Of a stretch of 64,000 nt of DNA, positions 51,715-64,000 are shown piece by piece. A program made the translations under genes and the position numbers. The notes under the pieces are model-generated. The model did no database searches and was not told the DNA's origin. It saw only the letters and a list, made by a program, of their open reading frames with translations. This DNA is from Stylophora pistillata (lineage: Eukaryota), in assembly GCF_002571385.2 (NCBI RefSeq), contig NW_019218008.1:229280-293279 (forward strand), given 5' to 3'. Within the stretch, counting starts at the first letter, position 1. Each line of letters begins with the position of its first letter.

Positions 51715-54700
51715 TCAATGCTGCAAAACGATTTCGCGAGAAGCTGCGTCCAATTCTTTGGTCAGTGGTTTCAGTGCACGGCTCGACCCTCGGGATGTCC
51801 CGAGATAGGACTCGATGGTTTTTTTGAAGTGATATCTGGGGCTAGGAGGAAGTTTCTTCAGTTCCGACAAATTCATACGATTCCAGTCCTGCTTTGTTCT
51901 TTCATAATCAACCTTTGCTTGCCTCTCTGCAAGTGCCTCAGATGTGCTGTAAAGGTCGCTCCTTAAAAGGAAACATAACAAATAAATAACTTACAACACT
52001 GCAGACAAACGTCTGCGCATGTGCAAACGTTGTACTGACTTACTGACTTAGTGGCGGGCTTCCAGGCTATCAGAACCAAGTTGTCTCATACGAGTTACTA
52101 ACAACCACACGAGCCAGTAGGTCACTGCGTTCTTTAAGGGTAGGAATATTATGGTAAAGCTCAAAACAGAATGGTAAATCAACGGGATACCCGTACTTGA
52201 ATAATCTTTGTGTTCGAAAGTGTAGAGTTTTCCTATTCCCTAGGTTTGTTTCCATTTACCGATTTCTATGAAAGTTCTAAATTAGTTTCGCTTATTTTGC
52301 GAGACAGCGGTTATTTCTTTACGTTTTCCTTTGGAATTTTGTGCGAGAAACTAGCGCACGCGCGGCCAGAAAGGATCCCCTTGCACGTGCTCGACGTTTG
52401 ACCGCTGTGTTTTAACATATTGGCAGCGCTGACAGAGCTGAATGACGAAATGCTACGTCAAAGGACACGTCAAAGGGTAAACGGTCACCAACGCGGGCTC
52501 AACCATGCGAGGTTAAAAATTTAGCGAAATTCGCGTAGAATAATAAGGGCTGACATTTAAAATCGAGGCACTTTGTTGTCATCGAAGCCATTTTCTAATC
52601 TCCAAAGTTTTTAAGGAGAAAATTAATTTTCTCCTTAAAAATTTTGGGGGTGTACAAAGTTTTTGGAGGTTGTTCTGTAGAAGAAAAGCGGCAAGGAAAA
52701 CAACGTTAAGAAGCAACAGAATAGGAAATCAACCATGCAAACGACTCAAAATTCGTTTTCCGCGCCAAAACTTGGCGCATGCGCTACGCTATTTAGCTCT
52801 GTCGGCAGCACTTGTAATTACATGTACAATTTCTTGCCACACATACCTGAAGTCAGCTAAGTGATCATAAGTCATTTTGTGTGGCTGATAATTTGATTGG
52901 TTGAATTTCGGAAAATTTGGCATTGGCAAAGGAGGGAGTCTGGTGCTGCCTTCGTTGTTTGGTTGGGACAGGTTTCTGCTCCTGTAAACCAGATTAAAAA
53001 CTTGTGGATGAAACTGCTCAAAATTGTTTCAAATTGCCAAAGTTAATGAGTAACAGCTAAAAAAATTTAAATTTTAATGCTCAATAAATTTAAATTTTTA
53101 ATGGGCCAACTTTCTTTGTAGTTTTGAACAACCAACAAAAGTTATTTTTTACTATTCAGCAGTCTATTTTTGTCAAATTTTATTCCCTTAAATTTTGTTT
53201 TCCAAAGAAAAAATTTAACAATAAAATGTTTTGCCGACAGAGTTCCATTAATATCCTCCAACAGTTTGTAACAAAATTAAAATAAGCATTATTTACCATT
53301 TTGTTGGGTGAAAAAGTCTTCCAGGCAATCTTGACTGTGGAACTGGAATAGGGAAGCTGAACAAAATAATGACAGAAAATATTTTGAGACGTATGTTGAG
53401 AAAATGATTGCAAGTGTTTTTCATAAAGTAAAAATATTCACAAAAAAATTAATACTCACTTGTCCAGTTTCCAAGAGATTTCTGGATCTAAAATAAAACA
53501 AAATAAAGTACCTTTTATTCTATTGAGCTGCACTGGGCTAATTAAAGTTTAGACTTTTCTATAGATGAGAGTTATCCTGTATCACACATCAAGAATCTTA
53601 CCTACAACTCCAAGTGCTGTTGGTCTGGGGCCATAACCTCTATCATTTATTACTTCCTGTTTGGAAACAAAATCCAAATTACTACTGAAAACATCCTCCT
53701 GGCTGACCTCTAAAACCAGTCTACAATGTGAGTAGAGGATGTGTGGGGGTGGGGGGGGGGNGGGGAGGCAGATGAGGTCCCAGAAGAAGCTCAAGCCCCC
53801 CTCCCACTAAGTGTAAATGTGAGGGGTGGACAAATTTCAGTCTCCTTTACTTCTTAAATTCATTTCATCGTGATCAAGTTTGCATGTTGATTGGGTGAGC
53901 AAAAAGGTGTCAAATTTTTATGGCAAAAACTTCCTATTTGTGCACTGCTACAAACCAAAGTTACATACACAATGAATGTTATGAAAATTTCAAAGAGGCT
54001 TACTTCTCTCATCAAACTTCACAAGGAACATTTGAGAAAATGTGAGTAATTATAGGTCTTTGGTTTAGTGTACTATAAGCCCCCCTCATATCTTCAAAAT
54101 TTCCTTGGATTCCTCTGTATCAGAAGTGCGGTAGAAGACACATCAAAGAGGTTAGGGAATGGGATATTTGAGAATAATTAAATACCTGTTGTAGATCTTG
54201 AATTGTAGTGTTGACCATATAGCAATTGTAGTATGGTGACAGACTATTAAAAATATCAGGAGAAAATGGTCTCCTATTGGGAAAAAGTACAAAAAATTCA
54301 TATCACTCAATACCAGTTACCCAGAAAAAAATGTGATATGTCATTAAATCAAAGGTCCATTTATGATGAGGTGATGAGGTATGTGTAATAGGTTGGGGCC
54401 CTCATGTTAGTTCCTTCAGTTTGAAGATTGAATCAGTGTAAAGTAGTTACCAACCCCTTGGCCCCACCCATCTGCGGATACCATCTCACATGCAGANNNN
54501 NNNNNNNNNNNNNNNNNNNNNNNNNNNNNNNNNNNNNNNNNNNNNNNNNNNNNNNNNNNNNNNNNNNNNNNNNNNNNNNNNNNNNNNNNNNNNNNNNNNN
54601 NNNNNNNNNNNNNNNNNNNNNNNNNNNNNNNNNNNNNNNNNNNNNNNNNNNNNNNNNNNNNNNNNNNNNNNNNNNNNNNNNNNNNNNNNNNNNNNNNNNN

Positions 54701-57042
54701 NNNNNNNNNNNNNNNNNNNNNNNNNNNNNNNNNNNNNNNNNNNNNNNNNNNNNNNNNNNNNNNNNNNNNNNNNNNNNNNNNNNNNNNNNNNNNNNNNNNN
54801 NNNNNNNNNNNNNNNNNNNNNNNNNNNNNNNNNNNNNNNNNNNNNNNNNNNNNNNNNNNNNNNNNNNNNNNNNNNNNNNNNNNNNNNNNNNNNNNNNNNN
54901 NNNNNNNNNNNNNNNNNNNNNNNNAGCGCGAAACTCAGAGTAACAGAGAATCGATGCGTCCTCTTTGATTCTTCAACTAATGTATATATATGTATATATC
55001 AAGTCTGTGTTTCAATTTTTCCATATGACAGTGCTCAATACATAAAAGCAGAGTGCAATATACGTTGAGTAGAAAAATACAACAACTATGTTTTGGGATA
55101 AAAATGTAGTCGTTGTATTCTTCTACTCAACACATATACATATATAGATATATATATATACATATTCCTGTGGGTATAAAGAGAAACAATAATAATAATC
55201 TTCTGAATAAAGATCACCCTTCATTTTTTTATTAATATATTTACTTATCATTTCTTTATTTTAATGACTGTTCTAAAATTTAAAATTTATAGTGTTTTCA
55301 GTTTTCAAATGAAGAGGCACATGAAAGAAAGCTCCAAGTGACTTTATGCTACATCAACTTCTCTCTATGTTTCATGAGGCAAAATGTGAAAACATGAAAA
55401 GAGACTTTAGTACACCAGATTTCACCTAAGGCTCTTTTCTCTACACCCCTTTACATAAATATTCTTAATTAGGGTTGGAAAATCCTCACTGCCTAGAGAA
55501 AGGCCAGTTAGATAATATAACCTTTTGACCCCTACAGTGACAAGCATCTAACTTCTCCTTACAATAACAACCCTGAATTACAAAATTTAAGGTCAGGAGA
55601 ATAAATGCAAAGATCATCAAAAGAAGCTCTTGATTGCTAGACAAATTCTTCTCAGCACCTCACTAAATGTATAGAGAAGAGTATGCTGGGGAGGATCCAG
55701 GATTTAGTCCAGGGGGATTCGGAGAATTGTCCCCCTCCTGTGGGGTCCAAGCTTTTGAAAATTAGGTCTTCGGAAACATGATTTCCAACGTTCTGAGGGA
55801 AAATTTAGCAGGCTCGACCCAACCACCCGGAACAACCCTTGGATCCGCTCCAGGTATGGAGAATATACATACTGATGTTAGGGTGTGAAGGGACTACCAA
55901 CCACGGCCAAGAACAGCTGAGAATAAATCGAATGAACAGATTACAAGCTTGTCTAAACTTATCACTTCGTTAGCGTTGGGACGCCTGTGGTTCACTTACA
56001 CAGGAGGACGCTGTATCGATTGTTGAAATTCTCTCATCTGATTCTTCAGCCTGTAAAACTCTGCTAACATCTGTTGTGTCTTTTTATCCATGTGAGTTGC
56101 TGCTCTGGAGCTTGGAGGTTTAGAACCTTGCTTGGTTTTCATATTCGTTTGCGGCTTGTCTTGTTTCGTAGTTTTCTCTGCAACATTACTTTCATCTTCA
56201 TCTGGGGAAAAAGTGTTTATTTCATGTTAACTAGAATACAAAACTCCACCGACTGACGGCATTCCCTGGCATTACACCAATTTTAATTAGCTTGTTGTTT
56301 TTCTCATTTGTGGGAAATGATACGCACGATTTTTTAAGCTCGAATACGACAAATTATGATCAATTCGTGATGTTACAAATTACCATTTGATCACGCGCGT
56401 GGATTCGTATCATGTATTGGTCTGAATTCTTTATCGAGAAAGTAGCCCGGATCATTGTTTCCTTATTTGACAAACGCAACTCGTTGCTTCAAAGTTATGC
56501 AAAATTGGCGACTATCAACTTAAGTCACTTTCCTCGAACTTTACACTTTATATCTACAAATTTCTGATCCGTCAAGCATAATATTGTTGTACCTAAAAGC
56601 CTCATAATGTATACCGATTCTCGCACAAAATCCAATTGCCTCACACTTCCTATGTTCAGAATGCTAATTTTTACTCTAATATTAAACAGAATTTACGTTT
56701 ACTCAGATCAATTACCAGCAGTGACCGTATGAAAACCCTCGTCTTCCTCAACAACAGCGGTTTCACCTTCCACAGCTTCTCCGTGTTCTGCAGCGCTGTA
56801 ATTATTTTCCTTTGTGAAGAATAAAACGAAAATTAAGGTTTCACTATAAAGCTAAGTCAAAAAGCCACAAAGCGGGCTTTAAATTATCCCAAGAGACTTA
56901 TTAAAAGTCAAAAGCTTCTGGTCAAAATTTATTGCGAGACAATTATTTAAGTACTTCGTTCGTCTCGAAGGATTTCTAACAAGCTTTGTTATCTTACCTT
57001 GGAGTCGCTCATTGCATCTAAGGCTTGGGGTGGCTCTTCCAT
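51715..57042 (-). CDS. Uncharacterised protein, paralog 2 (~317 aa, 9 exons)
   Basis: Exons 57042-56998, 56809-56716, 56201-56000, 54273-54186, 53656-53602, 53487-53460, 53356-53297, 52981-52847, 51961-51715. All phases are consistent and the last seven exons are homologous to paralog 1. Confidence 0.8.
55686..55853. mobile_element. Small TIR element inserted into an older repeat
   Basis: CTGGGGAGGATCCA ... TGGATCCGCTCCAG, flanked by GTATG on both sides. Confidence 0.6.
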
Positions 57043-57159
57043 GTTACGCGGCTGGTTTAGCAAGTTACAAGCAGGCTAATAGTAGGTATATTTCACCGCG
57101 GCTGTCGGAGGAATCATGCATCAAATTAGACCTTGACGAAGATTTAACTTACTAAAATC

Positions 57160-57173
57160 GTTTCCATGGAAAT
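57160..57173. promoter_or_regulatory. RFX X-box-like motif upstream of paralog 2
   Basis: GTTTCC-AT-GGAAAT (13/14 match to the palindrome GTTTCCATGGAAAC), ~120 bp 5' of the ATG at 57042. Confidence 0.55.
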
Positions 57174-58116
57174 CTGAATTGGAGATGACACTGGAGGCCA
57201 ATCACCGGATACGTTTATTATTGCGCAAATATTATTGTTCATTCAAATTGATATGTTAGGGAAACAGTGTTGTGCTGTCTGAATACAATATATTAAGAAA
57301 TATATTGACTGAATATGATAATAAACTCTGAGTGATTACTTTCGTGACTTACCCTCACAAAGGAAACAGAAGCTGATGTGACGTCACGCGCAGACTACTT
57401 GTTAAAATCACGACACATTATACACATTATTACACATTAGATTTTTTATTCTGCGAGGTTATAAGTAACTTAAAAGTGACATGAATGGTCCAAACATTGA
57501 AGCTGTTTTATGCTTCTATTTTCATAGAAAAAATAACAATTGGCGACATGCTCCTTCGCGATTTGCTCCTTAAGATTTCTGTCAGCGATTGAACTCTAAC
57601 GGGAAAAGGCAACCCCAGTCTCTTAGGTCGAGATGGGCTTATTGTCTCAGTTTAAGTTCGTGTGTCAAACCCGCTGAAGTGGCTTGCGTCAGGCTCTGAC
57701 CGGTGTTGGATGGCAGACAATCCCGAGCATGACGAAGGGGGCTATATGATTTTCTATTTTCATTTAATTCTCAGCTTTTTATTGAGTCATGATCTTAAAT
57801 TAATGAAACAAATGCACTCATTGGATTTTTTTTCTGAGGAAGTACCAAACAAAACTATTGTGAAGTTCATCTACATTATTATTTTCTCCTCCAAGAGAAA
57901 GGATTCTCTAATTAAACCCTCTTCTTAGGAGTATAGCCTCTTGTAATGGCGTGCACTTTCGAGAAGAAAAGTGCCTGTTGGCACCTGTAGTTTGCGTATG
58001 TTGAAACTGTCGTTACCAGCCATTTAAAGTAAAATTGAATGCAGTGTAAGTACCTTCGCCGTCGCAGATCAAGTTGCGTTGATAAATCAAGCGAAGTAAC
58101 TCTTAACATAGCAACT

Positions 58117-58117
<1 letters not shown>

Positions 58118-58147
<30 letters not shown>

Positions 58148-59060
58148 CAGCATTTGTAGTGCGCAAATTCCATGTGGATATGCTCATATGCGCATTNNNN
58201 NNNNNNNNNNNNNNNNNNNNNNNNNNNNNNNNNNNNNNNNNNNNNNNNNNNNNNNNNNNNNNNNNNNNNNNNNNNNNNNNNNNNNNNNNNNNNNNNNNNN
58301 NNNNNNNNNNNNNNNNNNNNNNNNNNNNNNNNNNNNNNNNNNNNNNNNNNNNNNNNNNNNNNNNNNNNNNNNNNNNNNNNNNNNNNNNNNNNNNNNNNNN
58401 NNNNNNNNNNNNNNNNNNNNNNNNNNNNNNNNNNNNNNNNNNNNNNNNNNNNNNNNNNNNNNNNNNNNNNNNNNNNNNNNNNNNNNNNNNNNNNNNNNNN
58501 NNNNNNNNNNNNNNNNNNNNNNNNNNNNNNNNNNNNNNNNNNNNNNNNNNNNNNNNNNNNNNNNNNNNNNNNNNNNNNNNNNNNNNNNNNNNNNNNNNNN
58601 NNNNNNNNNNNNNNNNNNNNNNNNNNNNNNNNNNNNNNNNNNNNNNNNNNNNNNNNNNNNNNNNNNNNNNNNNNNNNNNNNNNNNNNNNNNNNNNNNNNN
58701 NNNNNNNNNNNNNNNNNNNNNNNNNNNNNNNNNNNNNNNNNNNNNNNNNNNNNNNNNNNNNNNNNNNNNNNNNNNNNNNNNNNNNNNNNNNNNNNNNNNN
58801 NNNNNNNNNNNNNNNNNNNGCACCGTCTAGAGAGGTACTTCCGTAAACGCCGAATATTATAGAGATAATAAAAACAAGAGCTAGACAATTTCGTTATGTG
58901 GGTAGCCATTGATAAGTTTGTGTCAAACCAAGAACTGAGGTTTCTAGCAAAGGAGACTGGTGAGACGCTGCAATCACCCCACCCGTATACAATGATTATT
59001 AACTTTAGCCAACTGCTGAGGTGTTCCTATGACCAAAAATTCAGACTTAAATTAAACTGT
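58118..59060 (-). mobile_element. L2-like LINE 3' fragment spanning a gap
   Basis: ARNLSSWFDTNLSMATHITKLSSSCFYYLYNIRRLRKYLS before the gap; (TTA)n tail at ~58118-58148. Confidence 0.75.
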
Positions 59061-59461
59061 TAAGTCAAGTTTATTTGCCAGCAGGAAAAGCATTCTCTTC
59101 TTAGTAAATATCTTCACTGTACAACAAATGAATCTATATCAAGATTTTTCTCTCTAGGTGGTTGTTAGACATAGCCAATTATTCTCAGTGGTGTTCTATA
59201 ATTTTTTTTTTTGGAAATGGTGAATAATATTTCTTTACTTTCCGAATTGATCACCATGCCGCGTAGTCGCGTGACAAACAAGATAGATCACCAATGCAGC
59301 TGGGGAATGTTTGAAGGCTGTAATCAACAAAATACTTGGGAGTCGAGTCTGTATGAGCTGAGAATTGAGCTGCCTGCCGAAACTTGGCTCTTGAAGATAA
59401 AACGAAATAAAAATCTCGACTTAATTGAGAATCATTCGAGAGAAATAATGGGCCAATTTTA

Positions 59462-62400
59462 TTATTCAGAGGTCTCCCTGGTAACCAGGGTGTCCAGCAC
59501 CATGCATAGTTCACTGAACTTTGGTCTGTCTCTGGCTGAGAACTGCCAACACTTGGTCATCAATTCATAGCTGCGGGAAAAGAGTAAAAAAAAAGAGGTT
59601 GGCTTTTAGAGCCAGTTTTTTTTTTTAATTGACCGTCGAAAAACCAAAACCAAAGTAATCAGACCGAGTTGATGGAAAACCAAAACAGTCTTGGATTACT
59701 TTCAACACTCAACAGTCAAAGTTGCTCTTCTATAAAACTAGCGTTAAGTGGCGGCGGTGCCGGTCTCCTTGCCTCTATCCCCCGCTTGGTGCCCATTCTG
59801 GCCGGGGATTGGGGCGAGGGGACACCTTTCCATCTTTTTCTGTTTCTTAGAATTTTTCTGCCGTACGTTATTTCTATTATTCGACTTTTGTGCCTATAGC
59901 GATTGGTCAATTCCAAATACATTCTCAGTGCGCTTTGAACGAATATAAAACTTCAACAAATATAAAATTTGGCTTTAATCAAAAGATGTATTTTTTACTG
60001 CTACTGAGAAAGTCGAAATTCAAAATAGAACTAAGAAAGCCTTACTTACACAACAGTAGAAGTTTTCATTGGTTTTTCCATACGATATCCAGATTTTAAA
60101 CTTTCTAGCAGATCTCTTGCCTGAATTCCAGGATAAGGAACATCACCTGAAACCAAAGAGCCACACAAAAAAGCTTCCAATTTACATATTTAATTTATTC
60201 TAGAGCCCTCAGAATTTTTTACGATATAAGGGACCGGCGAAACCAGTCATTATTTATTATCTGGAAAGGGCGGGTGGGTGGTAAAGACAGAAAATTTTGG
60301 TAAAATTCACATGATCCCACCTTTAGGCTCTGTAAAATTATTAGGAACCCCTTTCGTTGGCAGTCATGATGGGCAGTGAATTTTCTATAGTCCCCTCTTA
60401 ATACTCAGTCGGTGAGGACTAATTCCCCCCTTTTGTTCCCCCTGAAAAACCATAAGATCCCTCCCCCCCCAAATCCTCCACTCTCCACCCCAACAAACAT
60501 AAGATAAATAAACTTTGTGGAATCGAACAGTACTTGCCTCCAGTTTCAATCTCCCAAAGTAATACGCCAAAAGACCATCTATGATTGAATGATAATGTAG
60601 GTTACACAATGTGAAATCAAAGGTCTCTTAGCTCAAAGAGTAGACGTAACAATCTCGTTCCCAATCCCCTACGTTGAGAGTACGAAAAGACGAGAGAATC
60701 TGGGAGCGTGTTTGCAGATATAAACAACGCTCTTTTGTCTTTACTCACACATCGCATTCAGACGAGAAATCCTTCGTTTCTAAGCTTTCCGGGGTCATCC
60801 ATCTTGCTTCTGGTAACTTTCCCTATTGAAAAGGTAAGGAATTGATGTACATAAACATCAATAAAATGTATCATTTAAAAAAAAAAAAGCTGCAGTTATG
60901 TAGCCACAGTTTAACAAATCCTCAAAGATGGATTAACTTCTAATATACCTTTGCAATGTCTTCATAGAATGTCCGATCGCGGTCACCACTAAAGCAGCCA
61001 ATATTAGTGACTTTGGCAGTGCAGTTTTTACCAAGACGAACGTTTCGGGCAGCGAGATCTTTATGAATACACTTCCACCAAAAATATAAGCAGAAAAAAT
61101 AGAAGAGAAATTTAGTTCCTTGATTCCGATGGAGTGTCGCAAAAAACCAAATCAAATACACCACAACAGTCACAGGGAGCAAATGAGAGCTCAACGCAAA
61201 AGGATGCTAATAGTTTGAAGCGCAGGAAAAAACATGGGTGTCCCAGTCGCGAGGAATTTGAGTTTGGAAGAAGATTGGCGCCAGTTTTCTGGATCGACCA
61301 ATCACAGAGCGAAGAAGCGCAAAACCAAGGCAATTCCGAAATACTTTCCACACTCGGTTGAAATTTCTCTATCGATACTATCATAACAAGACAATTTGAC
61401 TGCATGGGTTGCGAGCGAGGGTAGGAAGGGAAGAAACATTCATAGCCTGCAAAGCAAGCCCTGGGGGAAAGGAGGGGGGATTGGGGCGAGCAGAATGTGC
61501 GCGCATTCCGCTCCCCCCAATCCCCCCACCTTTCCCCCAGGGCTTGCTTCGTAGGCTAAAACATTCATCAATTGTGAGCAAACATCGAACTTGAGACCAA
61601 ACGCTTTCTCCACTCACTTTTCTCTCTGCTATATGTTTCATTCCGTTGGACACATCAAGAGCTATTTTTAATTTTTCCACTTTGGATAACGTGCAAAAGT
61701 TTCGAGTAGAATTCATTTCATCACTCATTTGGTTTTTCTTAAGATATTCCAAAAGACTGCCATCTTCCGTTTCCTCAAAGACGAGATACGTAGGACCTGA
61801 AGAGAGACGACACCATCAGTTTGCTGTACAATCTGCATTTAATAACTTCAAACTGTACGAGAAAGAACAATCCCACCACCATTGATCTAGCTAAGTTCAG
61901 CCCAGGCAGTTCAATTTTAAGGAATCGCTTTCACCATGCAATTGAGGACTTAGTTTTTGATTGACTCACTTGCGGCTTGATGCGTACTATGTTGAACGAC
62001 GCCAACACAAGCACGAGTACACGACTCCATAAAAAACAACGAGAAATGGCAATACAAGAAAAGAAGCGAAAATATTTTCAGCCCTGTGGTTGCGCTTTTA
62101 AGAATTTTTATGGACTCTTATGCTTGCTTTTGCGTCGCCAGTAAAAGCTGAGCTTCGGCGCTTCAGGATCATTACAAGTTATCTTCTCATTGACCAACCA
62201 AGATGTGAAAGGAATCTTTTGAAACTTACGGAATTCTCAATATTTCACTTCCTTATTAATTTTAGGAAGTCAATATAGTTATTAGAACCCTTTTCAAACT
62301 CTTATGACCTTGTAACGCTCTTAAGGGTATAATTCTTCAGATATGTAAAACACATATGTCATATGAGCCTTTGTGCATAAAAGTGTCCCGATAGGCTATT

Positions 62401-63288
62401 TTCGAATTACCTCTAACTTCTCTTTCAAAACGAGACCTAGTGCTGATTCATTCTTATGAAAATGAGTTTAATTCGCATGTGAATGAAAACTCATCATCAT
62501 TTAGTAGGGTGAACACCAGGATTCACTTTGAAAAAGAGGCCAAAGTAATTGAACTGGGAAAACGGAAATGAGCCATTACATTTTACCTGAATTCTAGTCA
62601 CCAGACTCTCACCTTTTAAAGTGCAAGCCCCGAAGAGGTTGAGTATGTTGGGATGGCTTCCCAAGCAGCTTAAGATTTTAAGTTCAGTTAACAGACCATT
62701 CTCGCTATCTGATGATCGACTTTCTTTAGAATCTGGAAAAATGAAAAGGATGTAGTTCTTAGCTGATTTTGCAATGCGCTCAATGGCCATGATTGGACGG
62801 CCATCAGTAGCAATCATTACGTCTGCATGAAAGTCTTATCAATTTGCGCTTCAAATTATCTCCTCCATGAATATCTGAAAGGAAATGTAACCAAATCGAA
62901 GACACGCAAGAAACACCCCGTGTAACGGTATTTCTTGTTCAAAAATTCGGATTAGATTTGTTAAAAGTTGACCTTTTCAGAGCAATTGTCCGTTTATGCT
63001 GAGAGGAAGTGTTTAGCACTATATCTGGAAAAGACAAAAAGAGGTCAATGATTCAATACCCTTAGCTGTTTTCACGATACAATTTGCTATATTTCCATTC
63101 ACAAGAGAAAGTTTCCCTCGAAACGTTCCTCCGTCAGATTCTGTTCCAAACTTCTCTCCGAGAGTAAGACTATCTCTTGAAATCTCGCACCAGTCCACCG
63201 AGGAATCGTTGTTATCGGAGTCTAATTTAACTGGGTAAGAAGAGTCAGTTCTTTCAAATCCTGGATTTGACTGGCCAGTTTCTGTGGA
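59462..63288 (-). CDS. Receptor-tyrosine-kinase-like kinase domain, probable pseudokinase (5' end unresolved, probably beyond the window)
   Basis: Exons 63288-63060, 62732-62613, 61796-61618, 61071-60949, 60822-60749, 60578-60538, 60146-60050, 59570-59462. Motifs LGSHPNILNLFGACT, CIHKDLAARN, RWMTPES, DVWSFGVLLWEI, PYPG, GYRMEKP, YELMTKCWQ..DRPKF. Confidence 0.85.
61443..61558. mobile_element. MITE with 9-bp target-site duplication in a kinase intron
   Basis: AAACATTCA|TAGCCTGCAAAGCAAGCCCTGGGGGA...TCCCCCAGGGCTTGCTTCGTAGGCTA|AAACATTCA. Confidence 0.85.
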
Positions 63289-63459
63289 CTAAGAAGACTA
63301 TTTCACTAATCAAACAGTGGGTCAATGTGGTTTGAGATACAAGTTCGTGATCTTATATATCTGAGAAAAGTTCATGGCAATAAGTGACTGATGCGAAAAC
63401 GCTGTTGGGTTGATTCAAGTTTTCTCACCTAATTTAAAGTCCCTATTCAGCCCCAGAGG

Positions 63460-63707
63460 NGACCGAGCGCAGCTCGGTCCATACAAAAAAGACCGAGGGC
63501 CGATATTCTTCCAGTACGGTCCCGAGCAAGCTCGGATATTAATAGATTTATTATACGACTGAAGTTCAAAGGGACACAAGTGCGGTATCATTCGGGACCA
63601 TTCGGGGCAGTGCCCGGTCCAATACGGAGAGAATATTGACCGGCAATAGAGCATTTTGATTGGTTGATTTTAGTTATTGGCCCTCTGACTGCCTGAGTCG
63701 TGCAATA
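63460..63707 (+). repeat. Second copy of the repeat at 9272-9584
   Basis: Direct sequence similarity. Confidence 0.8.
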
Positions 63708-64000
63708 AGTTAGGTTTACCCACTTCAAGTCATGCAGTATTAAATACTCCAGAGAACAGTTTCCTATAAATTTCTTCCCATTCACAAGGAAGAGAAAAAG
63801 CGGAGAATTCCCTTGAGACCTAAAATGTGTGAACAAAACATACAAACTAATGAGGTCCAAGCATGGATAATCCAGCACAGAAAAGGTAAGTGAAAGCCAA
63901 CAAAATAAAGCTATTAAAATTTATAGACTTATGAGTTATTTTGTTTTGGACGGCAATTTACTGATTACTAAAGCGAAAGGTGGAATAAAAAAGTGGAGGA

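Noticed and set aside
63720-63818. Further upstream exon of the kinase gene
   Set aside because: The phase is compatible (TGG|gtaaac), but there is no recognisable motif to confirm it, so it was left out of the model.

Overview
AT-rich, intron-containing animal genomic DNA with several N gaps. Gene content and repeat style suggest a cnidarian such as a stony coral (inference). Manual splicing supports nine loci: FBXO10-like (-), TRAM1 (+), a tandem pair of divergent DM-domain (Dmrt) genes (-; one intact, one frameshifted and lacking exon 2 in this assembly), PTDSS1 (-) head-to-head with RPL11 (+) with 109 bp between start codons, two tandem paralogs of an unrecognised protein family (-) with matching intron phases and RFX X-box-like promoter motifs, and the 3' part of a tyrosine-kinase-like pseudokinase (-). 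Introns and intergenic DNA contain many MITEs, tRNA-derived repeats and LINE fragments. The most striking signal is one in-frame TGA (3110-3112, codon ~629 of ~944) in the otherwise intact FBXO10 gene. It falls where a sister beta-helix repeat has Cys, and ~314 clean codons and a CaaX box follow. This makes it a candidate for selenocysteine or readthrough recoding. A 26-nt exon could also bypass it in frame. No canonical SECIS was found by eye, so a nonsense allele or base-call error remains possible.
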